From: an uncultured delta proteobacterium
GTDB taxonomy: Bacteria > Myxococcota > Myxococcia > Myxococcales > Myxococcaceae
Reading direction: 5' to 3'
Length of the DNA stretch: 64,000 nt
NCBI GenBank assembly: GCA_963771175.1
Contig: CAVYSY010000033.1
Coordinates: forward strand, 32,001-96,000
The notes below the pieces were generated by a model. That model was not told the DNA's origin. It did no database searches and was given only the letters and a program-made list of their open reading frames with translations. A program made the translations under genes and the position numbers. Positions 40,360 through 50,716 of the stretch are shown piece after piece. Position 1 is the first letter of the stretch. The number at the start of each line of letters is the position of its first letter.

Positions 40360-41610
40360 ATGCCCACGAAGAGCCCCCAGGCCGACCCGCGCCACCTGCT
40401 GGACGCGCTCCGCTCCGGCACGCCCCTCCCCGACTTCGCCCCCGACGCGCTGGAGCGTGCCCGCGCCCTCGCGGGTGAGCCCTCCACCGCCACGTCCGCC
40501 GACGTCGAGGCGCTGCCCGAGCCGCTCGCGCTCGCCGTCCTCGAGGCCACGGTGCTCGCTGGCAGCCCCGCCCTCGCCGAGGTGCTCGTGGGCTCCAGCC
40601 ACAAGGTGCTCGTCAAGGCGGCGAAGAAGGCCCTCTACCGGCTGCGCTCTCGGGGCGTGGAGGTCGCCGAGCCGCCCCGTCCCTCGGCCCCCGAGCCCCC
40701 CCGCACGGTGGTGGCCAGCCCCGAGACACTGCCCGCCGTCCTCACCAGCATCGACGGCACCGGCGAGCGCGTCCTGGAGCTCGCCCGCCCCTTGCGCGGT
40801 GGAGGCGTGGAGGCCATCCAGCTCCTGCTCTCGGATGAGCGCGGCGTGGAGCGCATCCAGGCGGTGGAGACCAGCCGTGGCGAGTACCGCCGCGTGGTGA
40901 AGCAGGCCATGCGCCCCGGCCCCGATGCAGCCGTGGAGCTTCCCCACGCCGAGGCGCTGGAGCGGCTGGCCGTCGCCGTGGGGCTGAACCTGCGCACGCA
41001 CACCGCCTTCCCTCCGGGCCTGGACGCGGTGCTGCGCCACCTGGGCGTGCAACCCCGTGACGAGCCCCCTTCCCTGCCTCCACCGGAGCCGGACGACGAG
41101 CGGCTCGTGAACGAGGGCCACAAGCTCCACGAGGAGCCGGAGCTGCGCGGCTGGCTGCCGCCCATGTCCGAGCTGGAGAGGCTGGCCTTCAAGGTGGACG
41201 AATTAGAGGCCAGCCCCCTCGCGCTCACCCCCGAGCAGCGCAACGAGGAGCTCATCCAGGCGGCACACGTCCAGGCCCACGCCTTCTTCGCCCAGGAAGG
41301 CGTGCGCCGTCTCTACGCCAGCCGCCTGTGGGAGATGGGGCTCCACTTCGAGCGCCTCGGCAAGGAGTCCCCGGCCCGGGTGGCGCGCGCCGAGGCCCGC
41401 CGGCTCTGGCACGGGCCCACCGAGCCCCCCTCGCGCTTCGTCGAACGGCTCTACGAGAAGGCGCTGCTCTTCACCATGATGGAGCGCGAGGCCCCCTCCA
41501 CGAGGGACCAGGCTCACGCCCGGGCGAGGGCTCATGCCGAGCCGCAGGCCCGGTCCACGGAGCCGGAGTCGCTGGAGCGGCGCAGCCCCGGCGGCATCAT
41601 CCTCCCCTGA
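40360..41610 (+). CDS. Hypothetical protein
   Basis: 416-aa ORF with GC-rich third positions; KAAKKALYRLRSRG; ends RRSPGGIILP. Confidence 0.7.
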   Translation: MPTKSPQADPRHLLDALRSGTPLPDFAPDALERARALAGEPSTATSADVEALPEPLALAVLEATVLAGSPALAEVLVGSSHKVLVKAAKKALYRLRSRGVEVAEPPRPSAPEPPRTVVASPETLPAVLTSIDGTGERVLELARPLRGGGVEAIQLLLSDERGVERIQAVETSRGEYRRVVKQAMRPGPDAAVELPHAEALERLAVAVGLNLRTHTAFPPGLDAVLRHLGVQPRDEPPSLPPPEPDDERLVNEGHKLHEEPELRGWLPPMSELERLAFKVDELEASPLALTPEQRNEELIQAAHVQAHAFFAQEGVRRLYASRLWEMGLHFERLGKESPARVARAEARRLWHGPTEPPSRFVERLYEKALLFTMMEREAPSTRDQAHARARAHAEPQARSTEPESLERRSPGGIILP

Positions 41611-41627
41611 CAGGCAGGGGGGCCTGC

Positions 41628-42428
41628 TCACGCCGATACGCGCGAGCGCAGCAGCAGATCCAGGTTCTCCAACTCCCAGGCCTGCGCCCGCGAGTAGTCG
41701 TGGAACCGCTTCTCGTGCTCGAGGAACTCGGGCGGGTGGATGCAGCGCCGCCCGTCCTCGCCCCGGCGCGTCCGGTACACGTGGTGCAGCATCTCGTGGA
41801 AGACGATCCACTCCACGAAGTAGCGCGGCACCACGGGCTGATCCAACGCCGGGTGGATGCGGATGACGCGCGACTCCGACGAGTAGGAGCCCATCTTGAT
41901 GCTCTTGCGCGGCCGGGTGACGCGCGGCGCCGGCCCGTAGGTGATGGCGGCGTCGATGCGGCCCCGGAAGTAGCGCTCGTTGAGCCGCTCGTAGATGCGA
42001 CCCAGATCGTGATGCTGCCCCACCGGCTCCAGCCGCAGGCGCTTGCGCATCTGCGCGGGCGACACCCGGCGGATGTAGGCCTTGTTGCGATCAATGAAGC
42101 GGTCCAGCCTCACGCTGGCCTCCGCGTCCCCGTTGCGCACGAAGTCCGCGAGCGCCTGGATGACCTCGTCCGGCGCCGCCAGGAACATGTGGTGCAAGCG
42201 CAGGCGCCACAACGCGCGTTGGCGTTGGAACGTGAGCATCGTGTGCGTGTTGTCGTGGACCTCCACCGCCACGGGAGCCCGCAGCCGGGTCCGCAGCCGA
42301 CGCTCGAGCACGCGCCGCCACACCTTCAGCAGTCGGTTGGGCTCGGCCGCGATGGGCTGCTCGCGGGCGATCCTCCCCGCCGGCGGGCTCCGCTTCTTCG
42401 CCAGGTTCTTCTTGTTCACGCGCGCCAT
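41628..42428 (-). CDS. SprT-like zinc metalloprotease
   Basis: LNERYFRG, MGSYS, IRIHPALD, IVFHEMLHH (HExxH), HPPEF. Confidence 0.8.
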   Translation of the reverse strand: MARVNKKNLAKKRSPPAGRIAREQPIAAEPNRLLKVWRRVLERRLRTRLRAPVAVEVHDNTHTMLTFQRQRALWRLRLHHMFLAAPDEVIQALADFVRNGDAEASVRLDRFIDRNKAYIRRVSPAQMRKRLRLEPVGQHHDLGRIYERLNERYFRGRIDAAITYGPAPRVTRPRKSIKMGSYSSESRVIRIHPALDQPVVPRYFVEWIVFHEMLHHVYRTRRGEDGRRCIHPPEFLEHEKRFHDYSRAQAWELENLDLLLRSRVSA

Positions 42429-42582
42429 AGACGGGCCGATTCTAGGGACCCGTCTGACACGTGTAAACGAGCTCAGGGATGCAAAATCCCTGGAATTCCA
42501 ACGGCTTATAGCCACTCCCGCGTACTACCGCCCACTTGTCCGCCAGTGGGGGAGCCCACCGTATATGTCCCCCTGGAGCCCC

Positions 42583-45024
42583 CTACCGGCGGCTCTTCTG
42601 GCGGCAGTCCAGCTTGAAGACGACCGGGTCCGACGGTTTCTTGGGAACCTCGAATTCCTTGAAACCCTTGGGGGCGCGAGAGCCGGGGCAGCGATAGTTG
42701 ACCCGGATCGTCCCGGGTTGCAGGGACAAGGTGCCATTGGGCTTCACGGTGCGGCCTCCCACCTTCAGCGAGGTCTTGGCCGGCGCTTTGAACAGCACGG
42801 AGACCTTCGCCGGAGGTGTAGGGTCAGGTGGGGGCGTTACCGATGCCGGCTCGGGGTCCTTGCCCGTCTGCCCGGCAACCGATCCGGAGGCCACCACCGA
42901 GGCGTCCAGAGTTCCGCCGTCCTGCCCGGTCTCTGCAATTCCGCCGTCCTGTCCGGTCTCTCCCACGAGCCCAGGGGTGCCGGCCATCGCGGTCTCCGTC
43001 CCCGAATCGGCGGAGGGAGCCTCGCTGCCCGCGTCCGACGCCGCGGCCGTGGGCGCGACCCCGGTGGAGTCCGTGGGATCGGCGCCAACCGGGTCCCCTG
43101 CCACGGGTTCAACGGGCGACTCCTGTCCAGGCGGAGCCGCGTCCAGCGGGGCCTCCGGGGAAGCGGGCCGCGAAGGCATCAGCATGGGCTCGAGCACGAA
43201 CAGCCACGCGGCCCCCGCGGCGGCCACGAGGAGCAGCGTCACGAGGGCGACCACCACCAGACTTGGGCGGCGCGACCGGGCGGGAGGGGGCGAGTCCGTC
43301 TCGGTATAGGTGTTCCCGTAGCCGGCGGTGGACTCGTCGTCATCCGCGTCGTGCATGGCGGAGGTCGGGTCCGGCTCCAACAGGTCCGACACCTCCGAGT
43401 GGGTATCGACATGGGAGTCCTCGTCGCTGACGGAGTCCTCTCCGATGTCGGAGTCCTCGTCCCGGAACGCGGGCGCGGCGCGCATGGGCGGCCGGTTGTT
43501 CACCGTGGCGGGAGTGAGGGAGACGGACTGGGAGGCCTCCTCGTCCTCGCCCACGTCCACCGGGGGAGCCCGGCGCCGGTCCAGCGCGGCCATGGAGGAA
43601 GTGGAGACCGGCTTGCGGGTGGGCATGGGCCGCGGCGGTGTCCCGGCGGGAGCGCGCGCGACCCGCTCCTGCACGGTGGACTCGCCGGTGGCGGTACGAG
43701 GGGCCGCACGCCCCGGCGCGCCCGGCAGGCCAATCCCCGAGGGGCGTCCGGGCAGGGTGCGGATGGCGGTGGGCTCATCCCCCTCCTCGTCACCCATGCT
43801 CACCGGAGGGGCTGCGCGGGCGAGCATGTCGCGAGGGCGGGCCATCTCCGTGGCCATCTCCGCGTCCTCGGAATCGCCGGCCAGGGGCAGGTTCTCGGCG
43901 CTGGAGCGGCGCGAGGGCCGAGAGGAGAGGCCCGCGGACGGAGGCGCGGGCGCGGCGGGTTGCGGAGTGGGAGGAGCGGCCCCCTTGCGCGTGGCGGGGA
44001 TGGGGACGTGGAGCATGGTGCGCTCCTCCTCCTCGCCCATCAGCCGCGCGATGTACTCGGACACGTCGTCGCTCTGCCGCATCGCGCCCGAGGCCAGCAG
44101 GGCCTCCAGGTCCGCCTGCACCGCCGAGGCCCGCTGGTAGCGCTGGTTGCGGTCCTTGGCCAGGCACTTCATCACGATGCGCGACAGCTCCTGCGGGTAG
44201 TCGTCGCGGATGAGGTGGGGCGGCGAGGGCGTCTCGAAACGGATGGCGTAGAGGATGGCCTCTGTCGTCGGCCGGGCGAAGGGAGAGCGCCCGGTGGTGA
44301 CCTCATAGAGCATGGTCCCCAGCGCGAAGATGTCGGCGCGGTGGTCCAACCGCTCCTGCATCACCGCCTCGGGCGACAGGTAGAGGAACTTGCCCTTGAT
44401 GATGCCCGGCTTGCTGCGCTCGGCGAGGGCCTCGGCCTTGGCGATGCCGAAGTCCACGAGCTTCACCGCACCGTTGTAGGCCACCATCACGTTCTGGGGG
44501 CTGACGTCGCGGTGGATGAGCCCCAGGGGGCGACCATCCACGCCCTTGGAGTTGTGGGCATAGTCGAGGCCCGCGGCCACCTGGGCGCAGATGCGCGAGG
44601 CGACGGCGTAGGGCACCGCGGCGCTGAACCTGGCCTCCTCCGCGAGGATGCGCCGCAGGTCCACACCCTCGACGTACTCCATCGTGATGAAGATGGCCTC
44701 GTCGATGCTCCCCAGCTCGAATACCTGGACGACGTTCGGGTGGTGGAGCTGCGCGGCGATGCGGGCCTCATCCAGGAACATCTGGACGAACTCGGGCTCC
44801 TCCGAGAGATACGGGAGGATGCGCTTGATGACCACGAGGTCCGGCCGGGGAGGCTCCTGCGCGAGGAAGAGCTCCGCCATGCCCCCCACCGCGAGCCGCT
44901 TGATGAGGAGGTACTTGCCGAAGGGGGTGGCAACCTGGGGAGTGTTCTCGGAAATGGGAGCCCCCTGGAGGCGATCGCAGAGAAGATTCGAGCTGCTTTT
45001 CCCGAGCCTACCCGCAATCACCAC
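42583..45024 (-). CDS. Transmembrane Ser/Thr protein kinase
   Basis: LAVGGMAELF, VIKRI, HRDVSPQN, VDFGIAK, SPE; long low-complexity linker and one TM; start uncertain. Confidence 0.92.
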   Translation of the reverse strand: MVIAGRLGKSSSNLLCDRLQGAPISENTPQVATPFGKYLLIKRLAVGGMAELFLAQEPPRPDLVVIKRILPYLSEEPEFVQMFLDEARIAAQLHHPNVVQVFELGSIDEAIFITMEYVEGVDLRRILAEEARFSAAVPYAVASRICAQVAAGLDYAHNSKGVDGRPLGLIHRDVSPQNVMVAYNGAVKLVDFGIAKAEALAERSKPGIIKGKFLYLSPEAVMQERLDHRADIFALGTMLYEVTTGRSPFARPTTEAILYAIRFETPSPPHLIRDDYPQELSRIVMKCLAKDRNQRYQRASAVQADLEALLASGAMRQSDDVSEYIARLMGEEEERTMLHVPIPATRKGAAPPTPQPAAPAPPSAGLSSRPSRRSSAENLPLAGDSEDAEMATEMARPRDMLARAAPPVSMGDEEGDEPTAIRTLPGRPSGIGLPGAPGRAAPRTATGESTVQERVARAPAGTPPRPMPTRKPVSTSSMAALDRRRAPPVDVGEDEEASQSVSLTPATVNNRPPMRAAPAFRDEDSDIGEDSVSDEDSHVDTHSEVSDLLEPDPTSAMHDADDDESTAGYGNTYTETDSPPPARSRRPSLVVVALVTLLLVAAAGAAWLFVLEPMLMPSRPASPEAPLDAAPPGQESPVEPVAGDPVGADPTDSTGVAPTAAASDAGSEAPSADSGTETAMAGTPGLVGETGQDGGIAETGQDGGTLDASVVASGSVAGQTGKDPEPASVTPPPDPTPPAKVSVLFKAPAKTSLKVGGRTVKPNGTLSLQPGTIRVNYRCPGSRAPKGFKEFEVPKKPSDPVVFKLDCRQKSRR

Positions 45025-45208
45025 CTGGATGGTGGGGCGGAAAGAGGCGCGGATGCTTGACTGAACGCTTGCCCGCCACCGGCGGACGCTCCGGGAGAGG
45101 AACCCTCACCTCGGGAGACAAAACGCCGCCCCTCCCCGGAGGAAAGAGCGGCGGATGCAAGGCGGGCCGGGCGAAGGTGCACGACCCGCGGATGCAGGGG
45201 GCGTCCGG

Positions 45209-46303
45209 CTACCCGCCCGTGCCCGCGTCCCACTCACCCGCGAGGTCCACCGCGCAGTTCTGCGGGTAGATGACGTGGGTGAACGTATTGAAGCCGCCGT
45301 CCGGCCGCTCGGTACCGGGGACCCAGCCGCCGTTGTTGAAGCAACCGAGGACGTCATCGCTACCGCCATCCGCGCACGGAGCGAAGGAGTAGGTGTCCCA
45401 CACGCCACGAATGCCGTTGGGGAAGACCACGGTGCCACCATCGTTGCGCACGAGGGCCTGCCAGTCACAACGCTCCGGGCCGCCATCCGTGGGAGAGGTG
45501 CCCTCGGTGTTCTTGGTGCCCACCAGGATGCCGCCGGTCACCTCGAAGCCGTAGAACTTGGGGTCGCCCGCGTCAGCGGAGATACGATGGAAGGCAGTCG
45601 GCGTGGGGTCAGTAAGAACGAGCGGTCCAGGCACGTACACGCGTGAACCGGCCAGCTCCGGGTTGGGGCGCCCAAAACCCCCATCGGCATTACCAAAGCC
45701 CTCTGGGGCGGTGTTGTCCGCGGGCACGGTGCTGGCGTCGGACACGACGGAGATCTGCAGAAGCCCCGACGCCTTGTTGAAGGCGTACTGGTTGCCAATC
45801 TGCGTCCGATAGGCCGTGAACTGGTCGAACTTGGAGTTGCTCTGGATCCACCCCGTGATGTCCAGGCGCTGCCCCACCTTGGGCCTGAAGTTCACCGGAA
45901 GGTCCGTCCGGAACTTGTCCACGAAGATGCCACGGCTGGGGCTGGAGGAATCGGCCACCCAGAACTCGGCGTAGACCTGATTCAGGCTGGGATCCTTCTT
46001 GTAGTCATTCACGTTGTGGATGGCGGTGACCACCACGCCCTCGAGCTTGACCCAGGTGCCGTACTTGGCCTTGCGGGCCTGCTCGATGGTCATCACCGCG
46101 GGGCCGGTCTGGGTGCCAGCATCGGTCTGCGTCCCAGCATCCGTCTGCGTGCCGCCGTCCTCGCTGCTGCACACGCCAGTACAGCCCGGCTGATCGCCCG
46201 CGTCGTTGTTGCCCTGCCCCTCACGGCCACCGCAGCCGGTGGACAGCGCCGCCGCCGCGGCCACCAGGGCCACCGCTCCAAGAGTCTTGCGCAGAGAAAT
46301 CAC
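45209..46303 (-). CDS. Lipoprotein with OB-fold-like domain
   Basis: AAAAALSTGC lipobox; GTQTDA repeats; MTIEQAR...VKLEGVVVTA...FWVAD...GIFV...VGQRLDITG. Confidence 0.7.
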   Translation of the reverse strand: MISLRKTLGAVALVAAAAALSTGCGGREGQGNNDAGDQPGCTGVCSSEDGGTQTDAGTQTDAGTQTGPAVMTIEQARKAKYGTWVKLEGVVVTAIHNVNDYKKDPSLNQVYAEFWVADSSSPSRGIFVDKFRTDLPVNFRPKVGQRLDITGWIQSNSKFDQFTAYRTQIGNQYAFNKASGLLQISVVSDASTVPADNTAPEGFGNADGGFGRPNPELAGSRVYVPGPLVLTDPTPTAFHRISADAGDPKFYGFEVTGGILVGTKNTEGTSPTDGGPERCDWQALVRNDGGTVVFPNGIRGVWDTYSFAPCADGGSDDVLGCFNNGGWVPGTERPDGGFNTFTHVIYPQNCAVDLAGEWDAGTGG

Positions 46304-46447
46304 CTTGCGTCTCCTAATGTGGATTTTCTGGCGCCGTACTCCTAGAAGTCCCGCGCCTTCGACCTTGTATGTAGGGCCTTATACCGGTGGGTCACGGGGG
46401 CCGGCAAGGAAGGGCCTCGATCCTCCGTGATACATCGGTGAAATCTG

Positions 46448-47271
46448 ATGCCCCTGCCCAAGCACCCCTTCTTCCGCGGCCTGTCCCCCACCCTGCACAT
46501 CTCCCACCGGGGGGGCTCGCTGCTCGCGCCGGAGAACACCCTGGCCGCCTTCCGCATGGCGGTGGAGCGCTACCGCACCCAGGTGCTGGAGACGGACGTC
46601 CACCTCACCCGCGACGGCGAGCTGGTGGTGGCCCACGACGCCACCCTGGAGCGCTGCACCGACGGCGTGGGTGCCGTCGCGGACCACACGCTCGCCGAGT
46701 TGCAGCGCCTGGACGCCGGCCACTCGCTTCACCCGCGACGGGGGCCGCACCTTCCCCTTCCGGGGCCAGGGCGTGCGCATGCCCTCCCTGCGCGAGGTGC
46801 TGCGCGCCTTCCCCGGGATGCGCTTCAACATCGAGGTGAAGCCGGACGTGCCGGGCATCGAGGACGCCTTCTTCCAGGTGCTGCGCGAGGAGGGCGCGCT
46901 GGAGCGCGTCGTGCGTGGGCAGCGAGCTGGACGAGGTGGGCGAGCGACTGGCGCGGGCCATGCCGGACGCCTGCCACTTCTACCCGCGCGACGCGCTGGC
47001 CTCCTTCGTGCTCACCGTGCGAGCGGGCGAGCAGCCGCCGGACGACCCGCGCTACACCGTCCTGGACATGCCCCTCTACTTCGGCGACGTGCGGCTGGTG
47101 GACGAGGCCCTCCTGCGCGCGGCGGAGGCCCTCGGCAGGTGGATCAACGTGTGGACGGTGGACGAGCCCGAGGAGATGCGCCGGCTCGTCGCCGAGGGGG
47201 TGGGTGGCATCATGACCGACAGGCCGGACCTGCTGCGCCAGGTCTTGGACGACCGCCAAAAGCCGGGCTAA
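46448..47271 (+). CDS. Glycerophosphodiester phosphodiesterase (frameshifted as assembled)
   Basis: ISHRGG, PENTLAAF, ETDVHLTRDGELVVAHD, NIEVK, VWTVD, GIMTDRP across three frames. Confidence 0.88.
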
Positions 47272-47284
47272 GCCCTTGCTCCGC

Positions 47285-48064
47285 ATGCCCCGCACTCCTC
47301 CGCGCAAGCGCGCCCCGAAGGCCGCAGCCGCCCCCGTCGCCGCCCAGCCCCTCGCCGCGCCCGAGCCGGTCCTGGCGTCCCCGCCCCCCCAGCCGCCCGA
47401 GGCCCCCGCCCGCAACACCGTGCGCCGCGTCCGCGCCCCTCGCGCCAAGCGCTTCGTCGCGCTCGCCGGCAACATCGGCGCGGGCAAGACGACGGCCGCG
47501 AAGATCATCAGCCAGTCCTTCGGCTTCGAGCTCTTCGACGAGCCCGTCATCGATAACCGCTTCCTCAAGGACTACTACGCCAACATGGGGCGGTGGTCCT
47601 TCACCCTCCAGCTCGAGTTCCTCATCCGGCGCGTCGAGCACCACGAGCTCATCCACTCGGTGAAGAAGAGCTGCGTGCAGGACCGCACGCTCTACGAGGA
47701 CCCGGAGATCTTCGCCAAGTACCTGCACGGGCTCGGGCACATGACGAACGCGGAGCTGGACCTGTACTTCGAGTACTTCCAGCGCCTGACGCGCAGCATC
47801 GTGCACCCGGATCGGGTCATCTGCTTCGACGTGCCCACCGTGGACGTGCTCCTGGGCCGCATCCGCCAGCGCGGCCGCGAGGAGGAGAAGGGCATCGAAA
47901 AGGGGTTCCTGCGCGGCCTCAACGGCTACTACGCCTCGTTCCCCCAGGTGCTGCAGAACAAGTACGGCGTGCAGTGCCTGGTGCTCGACGTGACCAACCA
48001 GGACATCCGCACCGGCCGGGGACGAGAGGAGTTCCTCGACCGGGTCTCCACCTTCCTCGCCTGA
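47285..48064 (+). CDS. Deoxynucleoside kinase
   Basis: AGNIGAGKTT, QLEFL, QDRTLYED, IRQRGREEE. Confidence 0.92.
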   Translation: MPRTPPRKRAPKAAAAPVAAQPLAAPEPVLASPPPQPPEAPARNTVRRVRAPRAKRFVALAGNIGAGKTTAAKIISQSFGFELFDEPVIDNRFLKDYYANMGRWSFTLQLEFLIRRVEHHELIHSVKKSCVQDRTLYEDPEIFAKYLHGLGHMTNAELDLYFEYFQRLTRSIVHPDRVICFDVPTVDVLLGRIRQRGREEEKGIEKGFLRGLNGYYASFPQVLQNKYGVQCLVLDVTNQDIRTGRGREEFLDRVSTFLA

Positions 48065-48072
48065 GGTTTCCC

Positions 48073-48594
48073 ATGTCCGAGCTCACCCCCAAGAGCCCTC
48101 GCGAGTCCGAAGTGGTGATGACGCAGATGATCCTCCCCTCGGACGCCAACGCGGTGAACACGGCGTTCGGCGGCAAGGTGATGGAGTGGATCGACATCTG
48201 CGCCGCCGTGGCCGCCCAGCGTCACTGCCGGCAGGTCGTGGTCACCGCCTCCATGGACGATCTGCACTTCCACGCCCCCATCAAGGTGGGGTGGACCGTG
48301 ACGCTGCACTCGCGCGTCATCGCCGCCTTCCGCACGTCGCTGGAGGTGGGGGTGACGGTGATGGCGGAGAACCCGCTCACCGGCGAGCGGCACATGGCCA
48401 CGAGCGCCCTGCTCACCTTCGTGGCGCTCACGGCGGACGGAAAGCGGATTCCGGTCCCCCCGCTGAAGCTCGAGACGGAGCAGGAGCGCGAGGCCTTCCG
48501 CGAGGCCGAGCATCGGCGTCAGGAGCGGCTCTCGCGCAAGCAGACGAGCCTCACCTGGCAGCGCCTCATCGTGCCCAGCGTGGCGGGGTCCTGA
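48073..48594 (+). CDS. Acyl-CoA thioesterase (hotdog fold)
   Basis: ILPSDANAVNTAFGGKVMEWID, VVTASMD, TSLEVGV. Confidence 0.92.
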   Translation: MSELTPKSPRESEVVMTQMILPSDANAVNTAFGGKVMEWIDICAAVAAQRHCRQVVVTASMDDLHFHAPIKVGWTVTLHSRVIAAFRTSLEVGVTVMAENPLTGERHMATSALLTFVALTADGKRIPVPPLKLETEQEREAFREAEHRRQERLSRKQTSLTWQRLIVPSVAGS

Positions 48595-48601
48595 AAACGA
48601 A

Positions 48602-48640
48602 GGGGTGAGGGGCGCTCGGTGGAGCGGCTTCCCCCACCCC
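48602..48640. terminator. Hairpin between convergent thioesterase and iscA genes
   Basis: Imperfect inverted repeat ggggtg...cgctc-ggtg-gagcg...cacccc. Confidence 0.4.
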
Positions 48641-48673
48641 GGCGTCACGGAGTGAAGCCCCGTGACGTTCACA

Positions 48674-49057
48674 TCAGGTCGAGAACGAGGTCCCGCAGCC
48701 GCAGGAGGACTTCGCGTTCGGGTTGTTGAACTTGAAGCCCGCGCCCGTGACGCTCGAGACGAAGTCGATCTCCGTGCCCGACAGGTACTTGTTGCTCAGG
48801 GCATCGGTCGCGATCTTCACGCCGTCCTGCTCCCAGGTGAGGTCGCCCGCCTTGGTCTCGCGCACCAGGTTCAGGTCGTAGCCCAGGCCGCTGCAGCCGG
48901 CCGGCACCACGCGGATGCTGAAGAAGTAGTCCTGGAAGCCCTGGTCCTGGATGACCTTCTTCACCTGGGCCACGGCGGCCTCGGTGAGCCGCACCGGGCT
49001 GGTCGGCGTGCCCTGGGGAGCGGGGGTGGTCTGAGCGGGGGTGGTGGTCGTATCCAT
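48674..49057 (-). CDS. iscA: HesB/IscA A-type Fe-S carrier
   Basis: LTEAA, AGCSGLGY, IDFV, GFKFNNPNAKSSCGCGTSF. Confidence 0.92.
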   Translation of the reverse strand: MDTTTTPAQTTPAPQGTPTSPVRLTEAAVAQVKKVIQDQGFQDYFFSIRVVPAGCSGLGYDLNLVRETKAGDLTWEQDGVKIATDALSNKYLSGTEIDFVSSVTGAGFKFNNPNAKSSCGCGTSFST

Positions 49058-49199
49058 GTAGGTCGGTCTCCTTACTGGCGCCTTATAACGCCCGGCGCCG
49101 AAATTGCCATCCAGGCTAGCGGGCGCACAGGCCTCCAAGCGGGCATCTGTCTCCTCCGAAAGGGAAATCCCGCCGGGCACGGGTTATACGTGAGCCCCC

Positions 49200-50363
49200 A
49201 TGGCCGCCTCCTTTCGTGAGCTGCTGTCCGATGCGAAGAAGGAGATCCGCGAGGTCTCCGTCGAGGACGTGAAGCGTCTGCTGGACGCGCGCGCCTCCGT
49301 GAAGCTCATCGACGTGCGTGAAGGCGACGAGTACGCGGGCGGTCGCCTGCCGGGCGCGCTCCACATCCCCCGGGGCTTCCTCGAGCTGCGCATCGAGGAC
49401 AAGGCCGGGCACGACGAGGAGCTCGTCCTCTACTGCGCCGGCGGCATCCGCTCGGCGCTGGCGGCCCGGACGCTCCAGTCCATGGGCTACACGCGCGTGG
49501 CCTCGCTGGCCGGCGGCTACAACCGCTGGAGCGACGCCGCACTACCCGGTGGAGAAGCCGGTGGTGCTCACCCCCGCGCAGAAGGAGCGCTACCGCCGCC
49601 ACCTCATCCTCCCCGAGGTGGGCGAGGAGGGGCAGGCGAAGCTGCTCACGGCCAGGGTGCTGCTGCTGGGCGCGGGCGGGCTGGGCTCGCCGGCCGCGCT
49701 CTACCTCGCCGCCGCGGGCGTGGGCACGCTCGGCATCGTCGACGCGGACGTGGTGGACCTGAGCAACCTCCAGCGCCAGGTCCTCCACACCCACGAGCGC
49801 GCCGGCCAGCCCAAGGTGGAGAGCGCCCGCGCCGCCATCGAGGCCCTCAACCCCGACGTGAAGGTGGTGCCCTTCGCCGAGCGCCTCACCTCCGACAACG
49901 TCCTGCGCATCCTCGAGGGCTTCGACCTGGTCCTCGACGGCGGGGACAACTTCCCCACCCGCTACCTGCTCAACGACGCGTGCGTGATGCTGGGCAAGCC
50001 CAACATCCACGGCTCCATCTTCCGCTTCGAGGGCCAGGTCACGACCTTCGTCCCGGGCCAGGGCCCCTGCTACCGCTGCCTCTACCCCGCCCCGCCGCCG
50101 CCCGAGCTCGCCCCCTCGTGCGCCGAGGCCGGCGTGCTCGGCGTGCTGCCCGGCATCATCGGCCTGCTTCCAGGCCAACGAGGCCCTCAAGCTGCTCCTC
50201 GGCGTGGGCCAGCCGCTCGTGGGGCGCCTGCTCACCTTCGACGCGCTCGGCACCCGCTTCCAGGAGCTCAAGCTGCGGAGGGATCCCAAGTGCCCCGTGT
50301 GCGCGCCCGGGCGCCCGGGTGGAGCTCATCGACTACGAGCAGTTCTGCTCCTCGCCCGCCTGA
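49200..50363 (+). CDS. moeB: MoeB/ThiF-family adenylyltransferase with N-terminal rhodanese domain (frameshifted as assembled)
   Basis: LIDVRE...YCAGGIRS; RYRRHLILPEVGEEGQ, GAGGLGSP, SNLQRQ, PCYRCL, SCAEAGVLG, CPVC. Confidence 0.88.
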   Translation: MAASFRELLSDAKKEIREVSVEDVKRLLDARASVKLIDVREGDEYAGGRLPGALHIPRGFLELRIEDKAGHDEELVLYCAGGIRSALAARTLQSMGYTRVASLAGGYNRWSDAALPGGEAGGAHPRAEGALPPPPHPPRGGRGGAGEAAHGQGAAAGRGRAGLAGRALPRRRGRGHARHRRRGRGGPEQPPAPGPPHPRARRPAQGGERPRRHRGPQPRREGGALRRAPHLRQRPAHPRGLRPGPRRRGQLPHPLPAQRRVRDAGQAQHPRLHLPLRGPGHDLRPGPGPLLPLPLPRPAAARARPLVRRGRRARRAARHHRPASRPTRPSSCSSAWASRSWGACSPSTRSAPASRSSSCGGIPSAPCARPGARVELIDYEQFCSSPA

Positions 50364-50377
50364 CACCGGAGACGCCC

Positions 50378-50710
50378 GTGCCCATCCAGGAGATCGATCC
50401 CGCCACCCTCGCCGCCCAGCTCTCCGGCCCTCCCGAGTCGCGGCCCGCGCTGCTCGACGTGCGCTTCCACGACGAGCACGCGTACGTGGCGCTCCCGGGC
50501 TCGGTGCTCATCCCCCTGCCGGAGCTGGAGGAGCGCGCCGACGAGCTGGAGGCCTTCCGCGGCAAGCCCGTCGTCGTCTACTGCCACCACGGCGTGCGCA
50601 GCCTGCACGGCGCCGCCTACCTGCACTCGCGTGGCCTGGACGCCGTGTCCCTGCGCGGGGGAATCGATCTCTACTCCCGCGCGGTGGACCCGCGCCTGCC
50701 GCGCTACTGA
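50378..50710 (+). CDS. Single-domain rhodanese
   Basis: LLDVR, VYCHHGVRS, LRGGID, VDPRLPRY. Confidence 0.88.
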   Translation: MPIQEIDPATLAAQLSGPPESRPALLDVRFHDEHAYVALPGSVLIPLPELEERADELEAFRGKPVVVYCHHGVRSLHGAAYLHSRGLDAVSLRGGIDLYSRAVDPRLPRY

Positions 50711-50716
50711 CGCGCG

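Noticed and set aside
46105..46160. 18-bp repeats (GTQTDA), and the ETGQDGG duplication near 42910-42965
   Set aside because: Ordinary low-complexity linkers in myxobacterial exported proteins.
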